A stretch of 64,000 nucleotides of DNA from an uncultured Oscillospiraceae bacterium (GTDB lineage: Bacteria; Bacillota; Clostridia; Oscillospirales; Acutalibacteraceae): NCBI GenBank assembly GCA_900539855.1, contig UQDO01000002.1:7033-71032 (forward strand), read 5' to 3'. The notes beneath the pieces are model-generated. The model did not search any database. It was not told the origin of the DNA and was given only the letters and a program-made list of their open reading frames with translations. Each line of letters starts with the position of its first letter. Position 1 is the stretch's first letter. Made by a program: the position numbers and the translations under genes. Positions 54,903 through 64,000 of the stretch are shown piece after piece.

Positions 54903-55618
54903 TTTTTTCTCTCCCTTACTACCGATATCTGCATGTCTGTGCCCTCTCCGTCAAGGTGGATGCGGTTAGCCTTGCAAAGCTCAAGCACCGCAAGGAAGGT
55001 CGCGACCAGCTCTGACCGGCTCTCCGCTCCTTTGAAAAGGGAGCTTACCTTTTCCCTGCCGCCTCTCATAAGGCTTTTTAATACGAACACTATTTTTGAT
55101 GACACCGAAACAATTTTTCTTGCCACAATTTTGCTGAAAACGGTAGTAGGCGGCGGCAGTCTGCGCTGACCGCGTCCCACGGCGGCAATGTACGACTTGA
55201 GCACAAGCTCTTTTTCATGCGTATTGCGGTATGTTTTATCAAATTCGATTTTTTCGGGTTGCTTTATGAATGTATCAAATCCGCCCGTCATGGTGGAAAA
55301 CAGCTTTGCTATCCTTCGGCAGCGCTCATATTCCATGAGTTCCTCGGTCAGCTCTTCTCTGAGCTGTTCGGCTTCCTCGTGCTTGGGCAGCAGACTTACT
55401 GTTTTCAGATATATAAGCCTTGACGCCATCTCAAGGAATTCGCTTGCTACATCCATGTCATTCAGCTGCATAAGCCGTATCTGCTCAATGTACTGGTCGA
55501 CCAGCACGGTCAGCTTGATATCGGTTATATCAAGCTTGTTTTTTGATATCAGATAAAGCAGCAGATCGAGAGGACCCTCAAAGCCGTCGATTTTATACTC
55601 AAGCTTGTCCATATTCAC
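54899..55618 (-). CDS. scpA: Segregation and condensation protein A
   Basis: The ScpA N-terminus FEGPLDLLLYLISKNKLDITDI is present. It overlaps scpB by 4 nt. Confidence 0.85.
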   Translation of the reverse strand: MNMDKLEYKIDGFEGPLDLLLYLISKNKLDITDIKLTVLVDQYIEQIRLMQLNDMDVASEFLEMASRLIYLKTVSLLPKHEEAEQLREELTEELMEYERCRRIAKLFSTMTGGFDTFIKQPEKIEFDKTYRNTHEKELVLKSYIAAVGRGQRRLPPPTTVFSKIVARKIVSVSSKIVFVLKSLMRGGREKVSSLFKGAESRSELVATFLAVLELCKANRIHLDGEGTDMQISVVRERKK

Positions 55619-56376
55619 GCTCCGAGTATCAGACTGAAAGGAAGCCAGGTTACATATTGGAAAATGCTGTATATTCCCGCATCGATCCTGTCAAGAAAAC
55701 TTGAAAAAGACGAACCGTAGAAGAGCAGAGCCATAAGTACTATCATGAAATATCTTTCATATCTCATAAGCTGATAATATATCCTGTCCGGCAGAAGCAC
55801 AGCAAGTATCTTGGAACCGTCAAGCGGCGGAATAGGCACGAGATTGAATACCGCAAGAGAGATATTTATTATTGTAATATAATAAAACACAAGTGCAAAA
55901 AAGTTTATGACCGAAAGCCAAAAGCCATACGGCAGCGTCAGCACATAAACGAATCTCAAAACACTGTACAAAAATGACGAGATAAACGCAACTATTATGT
56001 TTGAAAGCGGTCCGGCAAACGCGGTTATCGCCATGCCGCCCTTGGGATTTTTAAAGTACCTCGCATCGACCTGCACCGGTTTTGCCCAACCGAAGCCTAT
56101 TAAAAATATCAACAGTGAGCCTAAGTAATCTATGTGCCGCATCGGGTTGAGCGACATCCTGCCCTGATATCTCGGCGTGGGATCACCAAGCTTTGTGGCG
56201 GCAAGACCGTGTGCAAATTCATGCACGGGGAGCACAAGCAATACTACCACAGTGGACGAGATTATCCAACTGATTATCTGCCAAATTGAGCCCCTGTCCA
56301 TTATTATACCGATCAATCCGCCCATCAGCATTACCTCCCAAAATATTATCAAGGGTATTATACACTCAAAATACAA
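55615..56376 (-). CDS. Site-2 protease family (M50) membrane metalloprotease
   Basis: An HExxH motif VHEFAHGLAA lies within a TM helix. The protein is 253 aa. Confidence 0.65.
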   Translation of the reverse strand: MYFECIIPLIIFWEVMLMGGLIGIIMDRGSIWQIISWIISSTVVVLLVLPVHEFAHGLAATKLGDPTPRYQGRMSLNPMRHIDYLGSLLIFLIGFGWAKPVQVDARYFKNPKGGMAITAFAGPLSNIIVAFISSFLYSVLRFVYVLTLPYGFWLSVINFFALVFYYITIINISLAVFNLVPIPPLDGSKILAVLLPDRIYYQLMRYERYFMIVLMALLFYGSSFSSFLDRIDAGIYSIFQYVTWLPFSLILGA

Positions 56377-56390
56377 AAATTACAACAAAA

Positions 56391-57860
56391 TTATAGAAAT
56401 ATGATGACCGAAGCTGCACAGAACAGTGCCGCCAAAAATTTGAAAATATCTTTTAATGTGCTGTAAACCGCGGTACAGCGGTCTTTTATACTTCCCTGCG
56501 CGGCTGCTATAAATGAAAGTCCACAGATAACGGTCGGAACAATATATCTGAAATCCATGGAACAGCGGTACGGGTACTTTATGTTAAAAATTACAAATGA
56601 TATCATCTGCAAAAGCCAAACCGATATCACCGGTACCGAAGATATAAGCAGGCTGCGTTTTTTGATGATTACAACGAGCGCTGCCAGCGATATTATTATC
56701 AGCGCAAAATTTGCAATAATCAACACCGCAGCAGCCATATCATTTCCAAAGCCGTATTCACCGAACAGCGAATTTCTCAGCAGATACTGCCACAGGTTAA
56801 ATTCGTTCCAGACATCGGCATAAACGCCGTGAAGCTCACCCGAAAACGGCAGCAGCAAACGTTTTACAATGCTGATATCGCCTATATAAAGCCTGCTGCC
56901 CGTGCCGATAGGCGCAACATAGCCTATCGCCTGACCGAACAGATAATAATTCCTTATCTGATACCACAAGCCGAGCGGCAGCATAATTCCGCAAAAGGCG
57001 GATGCATGCAGCAGTACCTTTGGAAATTTAAGCTGTTTTTCGGTGAAAAATTTTATAAGCACCGCGGCAGCTGCCGAAACAGCAATCATAGCGGCGGAGA
57101 ATTTTGACATCATGCCAAGCCCTGTAAACAGTCCGCAAAGGGCTGCACTTTTAAAAGACGGCGACCGGTACCATCTCATAAGGTACAGCATGGCATAGGT
57201 CATCAGCATCACAGTAAGCATATCGTTGTTTATGCTGCCTGAAAGGATTATGAAAGCCGGATGGAACGCAAGCAGCGCCGTCAGCCAGACCTCAAGCGAA
57301 CTGCCGGCTTTTGACTCCCTTATTATCGCATTACCGGCAAAGACCGTAAGGGTCGAGTAAAGCACGGTCAGCAGCTGTATATTTTCAAATGCCGCATCGT
57401 ATGTTTTACCGAGTGCCAAAGACGCCCTCACGACAAGCGACGCCAAAAAATGATGCAGCGGCGGATGACAGTACTGCCAGTCGTTTGTGTCGGGCAGCAT
57501 ACCGTCGGTGGCAAGCCTATAAATATATGAAAGATGTCCCGATGTGTTAAGACCTTCAACATCGTGCTGATGCTCATAGTAGCCGTATCTTACCGCATAC
57601 GCAAGGCGCATTGCAAAGCCGCACGCGAAAATTATCAACAGCAGCGTCCGTCTTTGGGGCAAGCCGCCCTTTATCCCGAAAAAGGCGACACCAGCCGAAA
57701 TAATAAGCGTTGTCAAAATAATCGCGTCCGAAATTAACACCTTGGCGTCGTCGGAAAGCGCTGCCTGATCTACTCCCAAAAACAGCAGCAAAACGGCACT
57801 GACGGCGGCAAGCAGTATTTTAAAGCACAACGGCTGTTTTTCATTTACACGGTCTGTCAA
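56391..57860 (-). CDS. GT-C / GT39 (ArnT/PMT-like) polytopic membrane glycosyltransferase
   Basis: The protein has about 11-12 TM helices and a HPPL motif in the first periplasmic loop. Confidence 0.5.
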   Translation of the reverse strand: MTDRVNEKQPLCFKILLAAVSAVLLLFLGVDQAALSDDAKVLISDAIILTTLIISAGVAFFGIKGGLPQRRTLLLIIFACGFAMRLAYAVRYGYYEHQHDVEGLNTSGHLSYIYRLATDGMLPDTNDWQYCHPPLHHFLASLVVRASLALGKTYDAAFENIQLLTVLYSTLTVFAGNAIIRESKAGSSLEVWLTALLAFHPAFIILSGSINNDMLTVMLMTYAMLYLMRWYRSPSFKSAALCGLFTGLGMMSKFSAAMIAVSAAAAVLIKFFTEKQLKFPKVLLHASAFCGIMLPLGLWYQIRNYYLFGQAIGYVAPIGTGSRLYIGDISIVKRLLLPFSGELHGVYADVWNEFNLWQYLLRNSLFGEYGFGNDMAAAVLIIANFALIIISLAALVVIIKKRSLLISSVPVISVWLLQMISFVIFNIKYPYRCSMDFRYIVPTVICGLSFIAAAQGSIKDRCTAVYSTLKDIFKFLAALFCAASVIIFL

Positions 57861-59050
57861 TTCTTTATCCTTCTCGCCTCAATATAATAACGTTTGTCCT
57901 TAGCGTGTCCCATTGAGAATGTCTTTCTCGGCAGCGAACCGTCTGCACTGACGGCGGCAAACAGCTCATCCTTTTTCATTCCGTCAAAAATAAATCCGAT
58001 GGTATTCTCTGACTTACAAAGGTCGCGCACGGTGTCCTCACCGTGAATGTAATCAACCTTTAGTTTATTATCGGCTATATACCGGTCAAGCCAATTATCA
58101 AGAGTTGCGACCGGCAGCTTTGATGATGCCGGTACATTTACGACCTCTTCGCCGCCTTTATAAACGCATGTAAATCGGTGACCATTATCACATTTGCCCA
58201 AAGCGCTTTTGAAATCATTCAGCACTTTCTTTGGATCGGCACCGAATACAACGCGGTAAATAGGTTCAAACTCTATAGCGGGATCATGCAGGTTTACCAC
58301 CTCGACAAGCGCGTATTTTGCTGCTTCACAGTCTGATAAAAGGCTGCATTCCTTGGCAGCGGCAAGCGAATGATTGCCGTCGCCGACGGCAAAAACCATG
58401 CCGTCACTGCGTTCTTTTGCCAGAGCATCGAACCCGGACGATACGTCTTTTATGTCTTTGTCATTCAAAAACCAGCCCTTTATATGTCCGCCGCCCATAG
58501 AAAGGTCAAAATCATATGCCAATTTCATTGTATCGGTCTTTTTTGACAGCGGTTCAATAATCTCCATATTAGGATCATCGGCAAGCAGCAGCACATGCGG
58601 CAGCTCCAAAGGTGCGTCTTTTCTTATATTCACCCTCGGCGGTATGCGTTCTGCAACGGTACGCTCGGTCGCCCTTATAGGTGCGTCGGTGCCCTGCCTG
58701 TAGTCATAATCATTTAAGTTTATTTTTCCGACCACACCGCGCCTTATCCTGCCGTCAGACTGCGTGCGCTCAACATAAATCATAGCGTTCTTTGTTTCCT
58801 CCAAAACGCCGCTTTCAAGATATTCAGCCATATTGCGGTTGACCTTTTCTATAAGGCATGAGGGGTCGCCGTCAAGGTAGGCTTCGGGCAGTGTTATCTT
58901 AAGTGCGGACGGTGCATCGCCCACAAATGTCGTCAGCTCATCCCAATATTCTTTATCGGACGTGAACTGATCACACGCAATGACAGCCCACTTTTCAAAT
59001 CCTTTTTTCGGCAGCAGTATATCCGCCGGCATAAATTTATAATCGTTCAT
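57857..59050 (-). CDS. DUF1015 family protein
   Basis: The start is taken at MNDYKF (ATG at 59050), which follows an AAGGGG RBS. The longer ORF reaching 59377 would overlap the pyk start and its promoter. Confidence 0.6.
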   Translation of the reverse strand: MNDYKFMPADILLPKKGFEKWAVIACDQFTSDKEYWDELTTFVGDAPSALKITLPEAYLDGDPSCLIEKVNRNMAEYLESGVLEETKNAMIYVERTQSDGRIRRGVVGKINLNDYDYRQGTDAPIRATERTVAERIPPRVNIRKDAPLELPHVLLLADDPNMEIIEPLSKKTDTMKLAYDFDLSMGGGHIKGWFLNDKDIKDVSSGFDALAKERSDGMVFAVGDGNHSLAAAKECSLLSDCEAAKYALVEVVNLHDPAIEFEPIYRVVFGADPKKVLNDFKSALGKCDNGHRFTCVYKGGEEVVNVPASSKLPVATLDNWLDRYIADNKLKVDYIHGEDTVRDLCKSENTIGFIFDGMKKDELFAAVSADGSLPRKTFSMGHAKDKRYYIEARRIKN

Positions 59051-59248
59051 ATATAAAGCCCCTTGTGACATTGATAAATCAAATTGATTATACCCTTTCG
59101 AAATCGCTTTGTCAATCCGCCTGTCCTGTGCGCCGCGGATGCTTTCCATGTTAAATTCATGTAAATTCAAAAAATATGATGATTTTTCGGCAAAAGTATG
59201 ATATACTGGCTTTGATTTTTGATATTTTACCGAAAGGACGCTTAATAT

Positions 59249-60661
59249 ATGAGGAAAACAAAAATAGTCTGCACGATAGGTCCGGCATGCAGCGATGAAA
59301 ATACGATGACCGAAATGTGCAGGGCAGGTATGAATGTCGCGCGGCTCAACTTTTCGCACGGAACGCACGAGGAGCATCTTGAAAAGATCGCGCTTATAAA
59401 AAAGGTGAGAAAAAAGCTGAACTACCCTATCGCGATAATGCTTGACACCAAAGGTCCCGAATACAGAATAAAGACCTTCAAAAACGGCTGTGTCACTTTA
59501 AAAGACGGCGACACCTTCACCTTCACCACCCTTGACGTTGAGGGCAACAGCGACAGAGTGTCGGTCAGCTATGAAGGACTTGCAAAGGATCTGTCGGTCG
59601 GCGACAGGCTGCTGCTCAACAACGGTCTGCTGATATTTGAAGTAACGAGCCTTACCGACACCGATGTTGTCTGTAAGGTAATAGCCGGCGGCGAGCTTAC
59701 AAACCGCAAGAGCATGAGCTTCCCGAACAAGGTGTTGAAGCAGAAATATTTAAGCGATCAGGACAAGGACGATCTGCTTTTCGGCATTAAAAACGGCGTA
59801 GACTATGTTGCCTGCTCATTTGTTTCCTGCAAGCAGGATCTTATAGATGTCAAGGAATTCATGGCGGCAAACGGCGCTGAAAACATTGACCTCATAGCAA
59901 AGATCGAAAACCGCTCAGGCGTTGACAACATTGACGAAATATGTGCCGAGTGCGCCGGTATAATGATAGGACGCGGAGACATGGGTGTTGAAATTCCGTT
60001 TGAGGAGCTCCCGGCGATACAAAAGCACCTCATAACAAAGTGTCGCCTGCTCGGCAAACGCGTCATCACGGCGACCGAGATGCTGGAGTCCATGATCCAT
60101 AATCCGAGACCGACAAGAGCAGAAATTTCGGACGTTGCAAATGCTGTCTATGACGGCACGAGCGCCATAATGCTTTCGGGCGAAACGGCTGCCGGAAAAT
60201 ATCCGGTGCTGACCGTCAGCACAATGTCCCGTATTGCTGAACAGACCGAGCAGAACATTCATTACGAAAAAAGATTTTTAACGTCGGAATTCAAGATCAA
60301 GAACACAGTTGACGCAATTTCCCACGCCACATGCGGAATGGCTATAGATATCGACGCGAAGGCTATAGCCGTCTGTTCAATATCGGGTATGACGGTCAGA
60401 ATGGTATCCCGTTTCCGTTCACCGGTCGATATTTTAGGTCTTACAACCAATGAAAAAACGTGGTACAAATTAGCCCTTTCATGGGGTGTCACACCGGTAA
60501 TGTGTGAGCATTTCGAGTCGACCGACGTTCTGTTCTACACCGCAAAACAGCTTGCCGTTTCTACCTTCGGTCTTAAAAAGGGCGACCGCATAGTCGTTAC
60601 CGGCGGCATGACCAACGGCGTTTCCGGAAACACCAATATTATCAAGATAGAAACCGTTTGA
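59249..60661 (+). CDS. pyk: Pyruvate kinase
   Basis: The protein starts MRKTKIVCTIGPA. The K+/substrate motifs NFSHG and MVARGDLG (here MIGRGDMG) are present. The 470-aa protein has no PEP-utilizer extension. Confidence 0.9.
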   Translation: MRKTKIVCTIGPACSDENTMTEMCRAGMNVARLNFSHGTHEEHLEKIALIKKVRKKLNYPIAIMLDTKGPEYRIKTFKNGCVTLKDGDTFTFTTLDVEGNSDRVSVSYEGLAKDLSVGDRLLLNNGLLIFEVTSLTDTDVVCKVIAGGELTNRKSMSFPNKVLKQKYLSDQDKDDLLFGIKNGVDYVACSFVSCKQDLIDVKEFMAANGAENIDLIAKIENRSGVDNIDEICAECAGIMIGRGDMGVEIPFEELPAIQKHLITKCRLLGKRVITATEMLESMIHNPRPTRAEISDVANAVYDGTSAIMLSGETAAGKYPVLTVSTMSRIAEQTEQNIHYEKRFLTSEFKIKNTVDAISHATCGMAIDIDAKAIAVCSISGMTVRMVSRFRSPVDILGLTTNEKTWYKLALSWGVTPVMCEHFESTDVLFYTAKQLAVSTFGLKKGDRIVVTGGMTNGVSGNTNIIKIETV

Positions 60662-60690
60662 TTAAGAATAGCTTTATGCCGTAAAAAGTG

Positions 60691-60726
60691 AGCCCGTCTT
60701 TTAAAGACGGGCTCGCTTTGCTTTTC
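60691..60726. terminator. Bidirectional terminator between pyk and the GH78-like gene
   Basis: The hairpin gagcccgtcttt-t-aaagacgggctc is followed by GCTTTGCTTTT. Confidence 0.5.
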
Positions 60727-62737
60727 AACGTTCTTTATAAACGATATGGCCTAAATGCGGCATGTTGGGAAGTATGTCCTCGGCAAGTACCGATATCGGT
60801 GCACAAGCCCACGGATGGCACAGACTTGTGTTCCATTTCTGATCCTTGCCCCATGCTTCAAAGCATGTCGTGGCGCCTTCACTTACCATGTTCAGCCATG
60901 AGTGCTCGCTTTTATTTACTATCAGCCTGTACGCGTCCTCATATCTCCCGGCTTTACAAAGTGCCTTCAAAACAAAATATGACATATATACTCCGCAGCA
61001 AAATCCTTTTTCCAGCAAAAGGTCACATATCTTCCCTACGCTGTTCTTAGGACAAAAGCCGTAAAACAGCGGCAGCACATTGCTGTGCAGGGAGGAATGT
61101 AATGTACTCTCGCTGTCGGTGTACAGTCCTGTATCTGCGTTTAAAAAGGCTCTATTAAAAGCCTCTATCAGACCTTTCGATTTCTTTTCACAAGGTATAC
61201 CCAGTATATTGTTTATTTCCTCTGTCTTTAACACCGCGCCTATAAAAAACGCATTTATAACATTATGTGGCGGCGAATTTCTGTCCATGGGTCTTAAGAG
61301 CGGAAAATCATAGCCGTCACGCAGGTTTTCCGGCCAGTCAACAAGGTTCCACTTGTCGTCGACGCCTGCCAGCAGTCCGTCCTCTCTTTGGTATTTTTCA
61401 AAATGCGCTATCATTTCCTTAGATGTTTCAAGATTTTTCTTTAGAAAGCGCAGATCATTTGTATATTTATAGTGGGTCAAAGCAAGCAGCGGAAATTGAA
61501 GTGAATAGTCGGCTATTTCCTGCATGAGCGACCCCGGCGTAACGGCAAGCAAACCTTTGCAGACAGCGGCGGACTGCGCCTGATTTTCTATAGCCTTACT
61601 TGTCAGTGACGCATCCTTTGTAAGCACGAGATGAGCGGCAGTCGTAATGGTAAGATCACCGGCATACTGCCCTTTTTCACGCATAGGACAATCGACAAAG
61701 GTCTCCTGCGCGCCGTATTTAACGGTGCTTTTGCAGATATCCCATACTTTTTTAAGATCGGTGTCATTAGTTTCCAGCGTGCAGAACGCATCGTCAAACC
61801 GCCAGTGTCTGACAACCGCCGAAACATGCTTTATCTTCACACCGTCCTCCGGTATTACTGCGGCATATCTGAATGCCTTATAGTCATACTGAGTGCGCGT
61901 GTTCTCCCCGTGTCTCAGCGTCCATGTCTCGTCACATACACAGCTGCAGCGCATTTTATATCTTACCTTAAGCGGCGTATCTTCGGTCTCTTCGCCGTGC
62001 AGAATACGAACGGTCTGCCCTGCTTTTCCTTCCGCCGTTATCTTTATATGTCCTGTTATCTCCTCGCCAAAATCATAAAAATATCCACCTCCGGGCAGCT
62101 TTTCGGTATGTACCGGGGCTTTTTCAGTGATCGCAAGCGTGTCGGCTGCGGTATCATGGAATATATGGTCGCCGGTACGCAGGGATGCCGGTTCGTACTT
62201 TATGTTTTCAAGACGGCTGTCATAGTTTTCCGCGAATGAGGTATCATATCCTATCACCTTTTGGCCGGTATATGCGGCTATTCGTCCGCACTCCCAGCTC
62301 TCATCGGTATATTCAAGGATCTTGCCGCTGCCGTCGGTAATTTCGGCTATAAGCCCCATTCTCCCGTCACCGCTGCAGTATGACCGCGATATAAGTCCGT
62401 GATAGTAAACGTCAAAAAACAGTTCATTTTCTTTAGTGTTCAGAAAATCTGTCAGATCATATTCGTTCCAGTAATAGTCAAAAAAGTACCCCTGAGCCGG
62501 ACCCATGCCTACAAGCCTGCCGTTGCAGTAGAATTTGTAGTAATCATCGGCAGTGACTCTTATTCTTATATTTTTATTTTTCTCGAGCTTCAGGACCTTG
62601 CGGTAGCCTATATGGAGATTTTTCAAATTATCCGGCAGCAGAATTTCGGTCTGATCCTGTTCCTTGTGAAAAACATTAACTGTTTTTATATCTTTATATT
62701 CCTTTGGTACTATCCATTTTGCTTTTAAAAACGCCAT
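60725..62737 (-). CDS. Alpha-L-rhamnosidase-like (GH78-like) six-hairpin glycoside hydrolase; assignment tentative
   Basis: The large cytoplasmic protein has beta-sandwich domains and an (alpha/alpha)6-like domain. The start is taken at MAFLKAKW, which follows a GAGGTGG RBS. Confidence 0.5.
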   Translation of the reverse strand: MAFLKAKWIVPKEYKDIKTVNVFHKEQDQTEILLPDNLKNLHIGYRKVLKLEKNKNIRIRVTADDYYKFYCNGRLVGMGPAQGYFFDYYWNEYDLTDFLNTKENELFFDVYYHGLISRSYCSGDGRMGLIAEITDGSGKILEYTDESWECGRIAAYTGQKVIGYDTSFAENYDSRLENIKYEPASLRTGDHIFHDTAADTLAITEKAPVHTEKLPGGGYFYDFGEEITGHIKITAEGKAGQTVRILHGEETEDTPLKVRYKMRCSCVCDETWTLRHGENTRTQYDYKAFRYAAVIPEDGVKIKHVSAVVRHWRFDDAFCTLETNDTDLKKVWDICKSTVKYGAQETFVDCPMREKGQYAGDLTITTAAHLVLTKDASLTSKAIENQAQSAAVCKGLLAVTPGSLMQEIADYSLQFPLLALTHYKYTNDLRFLKKNLETSKEMIAHFEKYQREDGLLAGVDDKWNLVDWPENLRDGYDFPLLRPMDRNSPPHNVINAFFIGAVLKTEEINNILGIPCEKKSKGLIEAFNRAFLNADTGLYTDSESTLHSSLHSNVLPLFYGFCPKNSVGKICDLLLEKGFCCGVYMSYFVLKALCKAGRYEDAYRLIVNKSEHSWLNMVSEGATTCFEAWGKDQKWNTSLCHPWACAPISVLAEDILPNMPHLGHIVYKER

Positions 62738-62747
62738 AACTTCCACC

Positions 62748-63983
62748 TCAAAAATGATCTGATCTTCTGCTGTCCATCAAGCCTGACACGACCTTGACAA
62801 AAAGATTTACAGCGCAAAGACCTACTGCTATACCAAGCGTCCACTCAAGCGTTGATATAAGATATGTTCCGAGAACAGACCACTTGTGAAGGTTGAGCGA
62901 CTCCATTATTCCGAACAGGAGCTTTCCGGGTGCCAGCGGCATAACGGCAAGTGTGCGGAAGAATACAGCCGGCGCTTTATGGATGCGCGCCGCGACTTCG
63001 GACACCACGGCTACAGTCATGCTTGCAAGCATGGCGGCATAAAAGTCCTGCATACCTATATGGCTGCATATAAGAAACGTGATCCATCCGGACATTCCGG
63101 TAACTGACGTCACTATCAGGTGTCTCATGCTCAGCTGATATATAAGTGCAAACCCGAGCGACATGAAAAGCGATGCCGCGATACTGACGATAACGGTCTG
63201 ACCGCCGATATCAAGCGTAGAGTTTTCGGTGCCTAAAAGATGCATTGCGAGTGCGTATCCGACCGCAAGCACGGCTGCCGACAGAACGCTTTCCATGGCT
63301 CTCATGAGTCCTGACACCGTGTCGCCCAGCAGCACATCAAGTATTGAAACGGTTATAGCAAGTCCCGTTATAAGTATCATGAGATCACCGGTGAAAACGT
63401 GACCTATACTGAGTGCAGGTATCAAAAATGAGATAAGCGCTGTAAGAACGCCTATTATAAACGATATAAGAAAATTGAACACTATGTTGTTTTTCAATAT
63501 CTTCATCGTATGACGCTGTATAAGACACATACATAAGCCGATAACGGTCGCAGCTGCTGCGTCGATCACACCGCCGCCGAAAAACAAGGCGCCGCTGCCG
63601 CCCACAAGAGCACTGCCTATATATGACTTGAGCCTGTTCACCCCGGCACTTTTTATTTCGGCTATTTTATTTACCAGCTCCGAAGGCCCGGTCGGTTCCG
63701 CACAAAATGCACGGCTAAGCTCATTAAGCTCTTCAAGTGCCCGGTAATTCGTAGAATTGCCGCCGAGTATTCTCCTTGTCATGGTCTCGGTCTCGCCGTC
63801 CGGCATTGAGACGGTAAGGATTATATTGTTCGATATTGCGAATACGTTTACATTCGTACATCCGAACGCATGCGCCATACGGCATAACGTATCCTCAACA
63901 CGGTTGATCTCCGACCCGTTCTGCATTAGTGCCTGACCCATGTCAAGCAGTGCTGAAAGTATCAATCTGTTTTGTCCGGTCAT
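62748..63983 (-). CDS. thrE: Threonine/serine exporter family protein (ThrE; YjjP-YjjB fusion type)
   Basis: A DUF1212 N-terminal domain is followed by about 10 TM helices. The protein is 411 aa. Confidence 0.75.
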   Translation of the reverse strand: MTGQNRLILSALLDMGQALMQNGSEINRVEDTLCRMAHAFGCTNVNVFAISNNIILTVSMPDGETETMTRRILGGNSTNYRALEELNELSRAFCAEPTGPSELVNKIAEIKSAGVNRLKSYIGSALVGGSGALFFGGGVIDAAAATVIGLCMCLIQRHTMKILKNNIVFNFLISFIIGVLTALISFLIPALSIGHVFTGDLMILITGLAITVSILDVLLGDTVSGLMRAMESVLSAAVLAVGYALAMHLLGTENSTLDIGGQTVIVSIAASLFMSLGFALIYQLSMRHLIVTSVTGMSGWITFLICSHIGMQDFYAAMLASMTVAVVSEVAARIHKAPAVFFRTLAVMPLAPGKLLFGIMESLNLHKWSVLGTYLISTLEWTLGIAVGLCAVNLFVKVVSGLMDSRRSDHF

Positions 63984-64000
63984 AAAATCACCTACAGCTT

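Noticed and set aside
1-64000. The window was searched for CRISPR arrays, rRNA genes, IS transposases and integrases.
   Set aside because: None were found. There are no regularly spaced short direct repeats, no rRNA-like conserved stretches, and no ORFs with DDE, HUH or tyrosine-recombinase motifs.

Overview
This 64-kb window looks like a chromosomal segment from a spore-forming anaerobic Firmicute (Clostridia-like). The lineage evidence is spoVT, a ytfI-ytfJ pair, a sporulation-type D-Ala-D-Ala carboxypeptidase, scpAB and an M50 protease, with GC content near 50%. It is gene-dense: about 65 protein-coding genes, two tRNAs (Met-CAT and Glu-TTC) behind a consensus sigma-A promoter, and no rRNA or CRISPR.

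Main content, left to right:
- 1-6.4 kb: a seven-gene electron-transfer operon, hdrB-hdrC-hdrA-mvhD, two AsrA-like Fe-S paralogs and an AsrB-like FAD/NAD(P) oxidoreductase. This is the FlxABCD-HdrABC gene content in reverse order. It sits directly beside fumC and an LDH-type malate dehydrogenase.
- 9-14.5 kb: a divergent PRPP-synthetase paralog, a GNAT, a SAM methyltransferase broken by a -1 frameshift in an A5 run, and an AraC / Gfo-Idh-MocA / ThuA sugar locus.
- 15-18.6 kb: a cell-wall amino-sugar locus with an unusual XRE-HTH::BadF-type (MurK-like) kinase fusion, a DUF4838 protein and murQ.
- 19-21 kb: spoVT, the tRNAs and mscS.
- 22-33 kb: a TetR regulator, an ABC exporter, a LysR regulator plus metQNI, tcdA, a MocR regulator divergent from an ECF S-component, and asnB.
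- 34.1-37.7 kb: a prophage remnant consisting only of holin, a coiled-coil membrane protein, an M15 endolysin, XkdX and a tail fibre. No integrase or capsid genes are present.
- 38.5-46 kb: SDR, beta-lactamase-family, GH10, RraA-like, esterase, GH13 and enolase-superfamily genes.
- 47-50.7 kb: secG, then a three-subunit transcarboxylase-like set (5S-like carboxyltransferase, 1.3S biotin carrier, 12S-like carboxyltransferase) with no membrane beta subunit.
- 51-64 kb: rluB, a dacB-like carboxypeptidase, ytfJ, ytfI, scpB, scpA, an M50 protease, a GT39-like membrane protein, a DUF1015 protein, pyk, a GH78-like hydrolase and thrE.

The most unusual signals are non-coding:
- a 234-bp structured element present twice at 98.7% identity (18671-18904 and 38246-38479), each copy boxed in by GC hairpins, with copy 1 flanked by a perfect 32-bp direct repeat;
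- a family of AT-rich inverted-repeat (MITE/REP-like) elements built on TTTTAGTTTATAGG, including a nested palindrome with a perfect 28-bp inner stem at 14592-14759.
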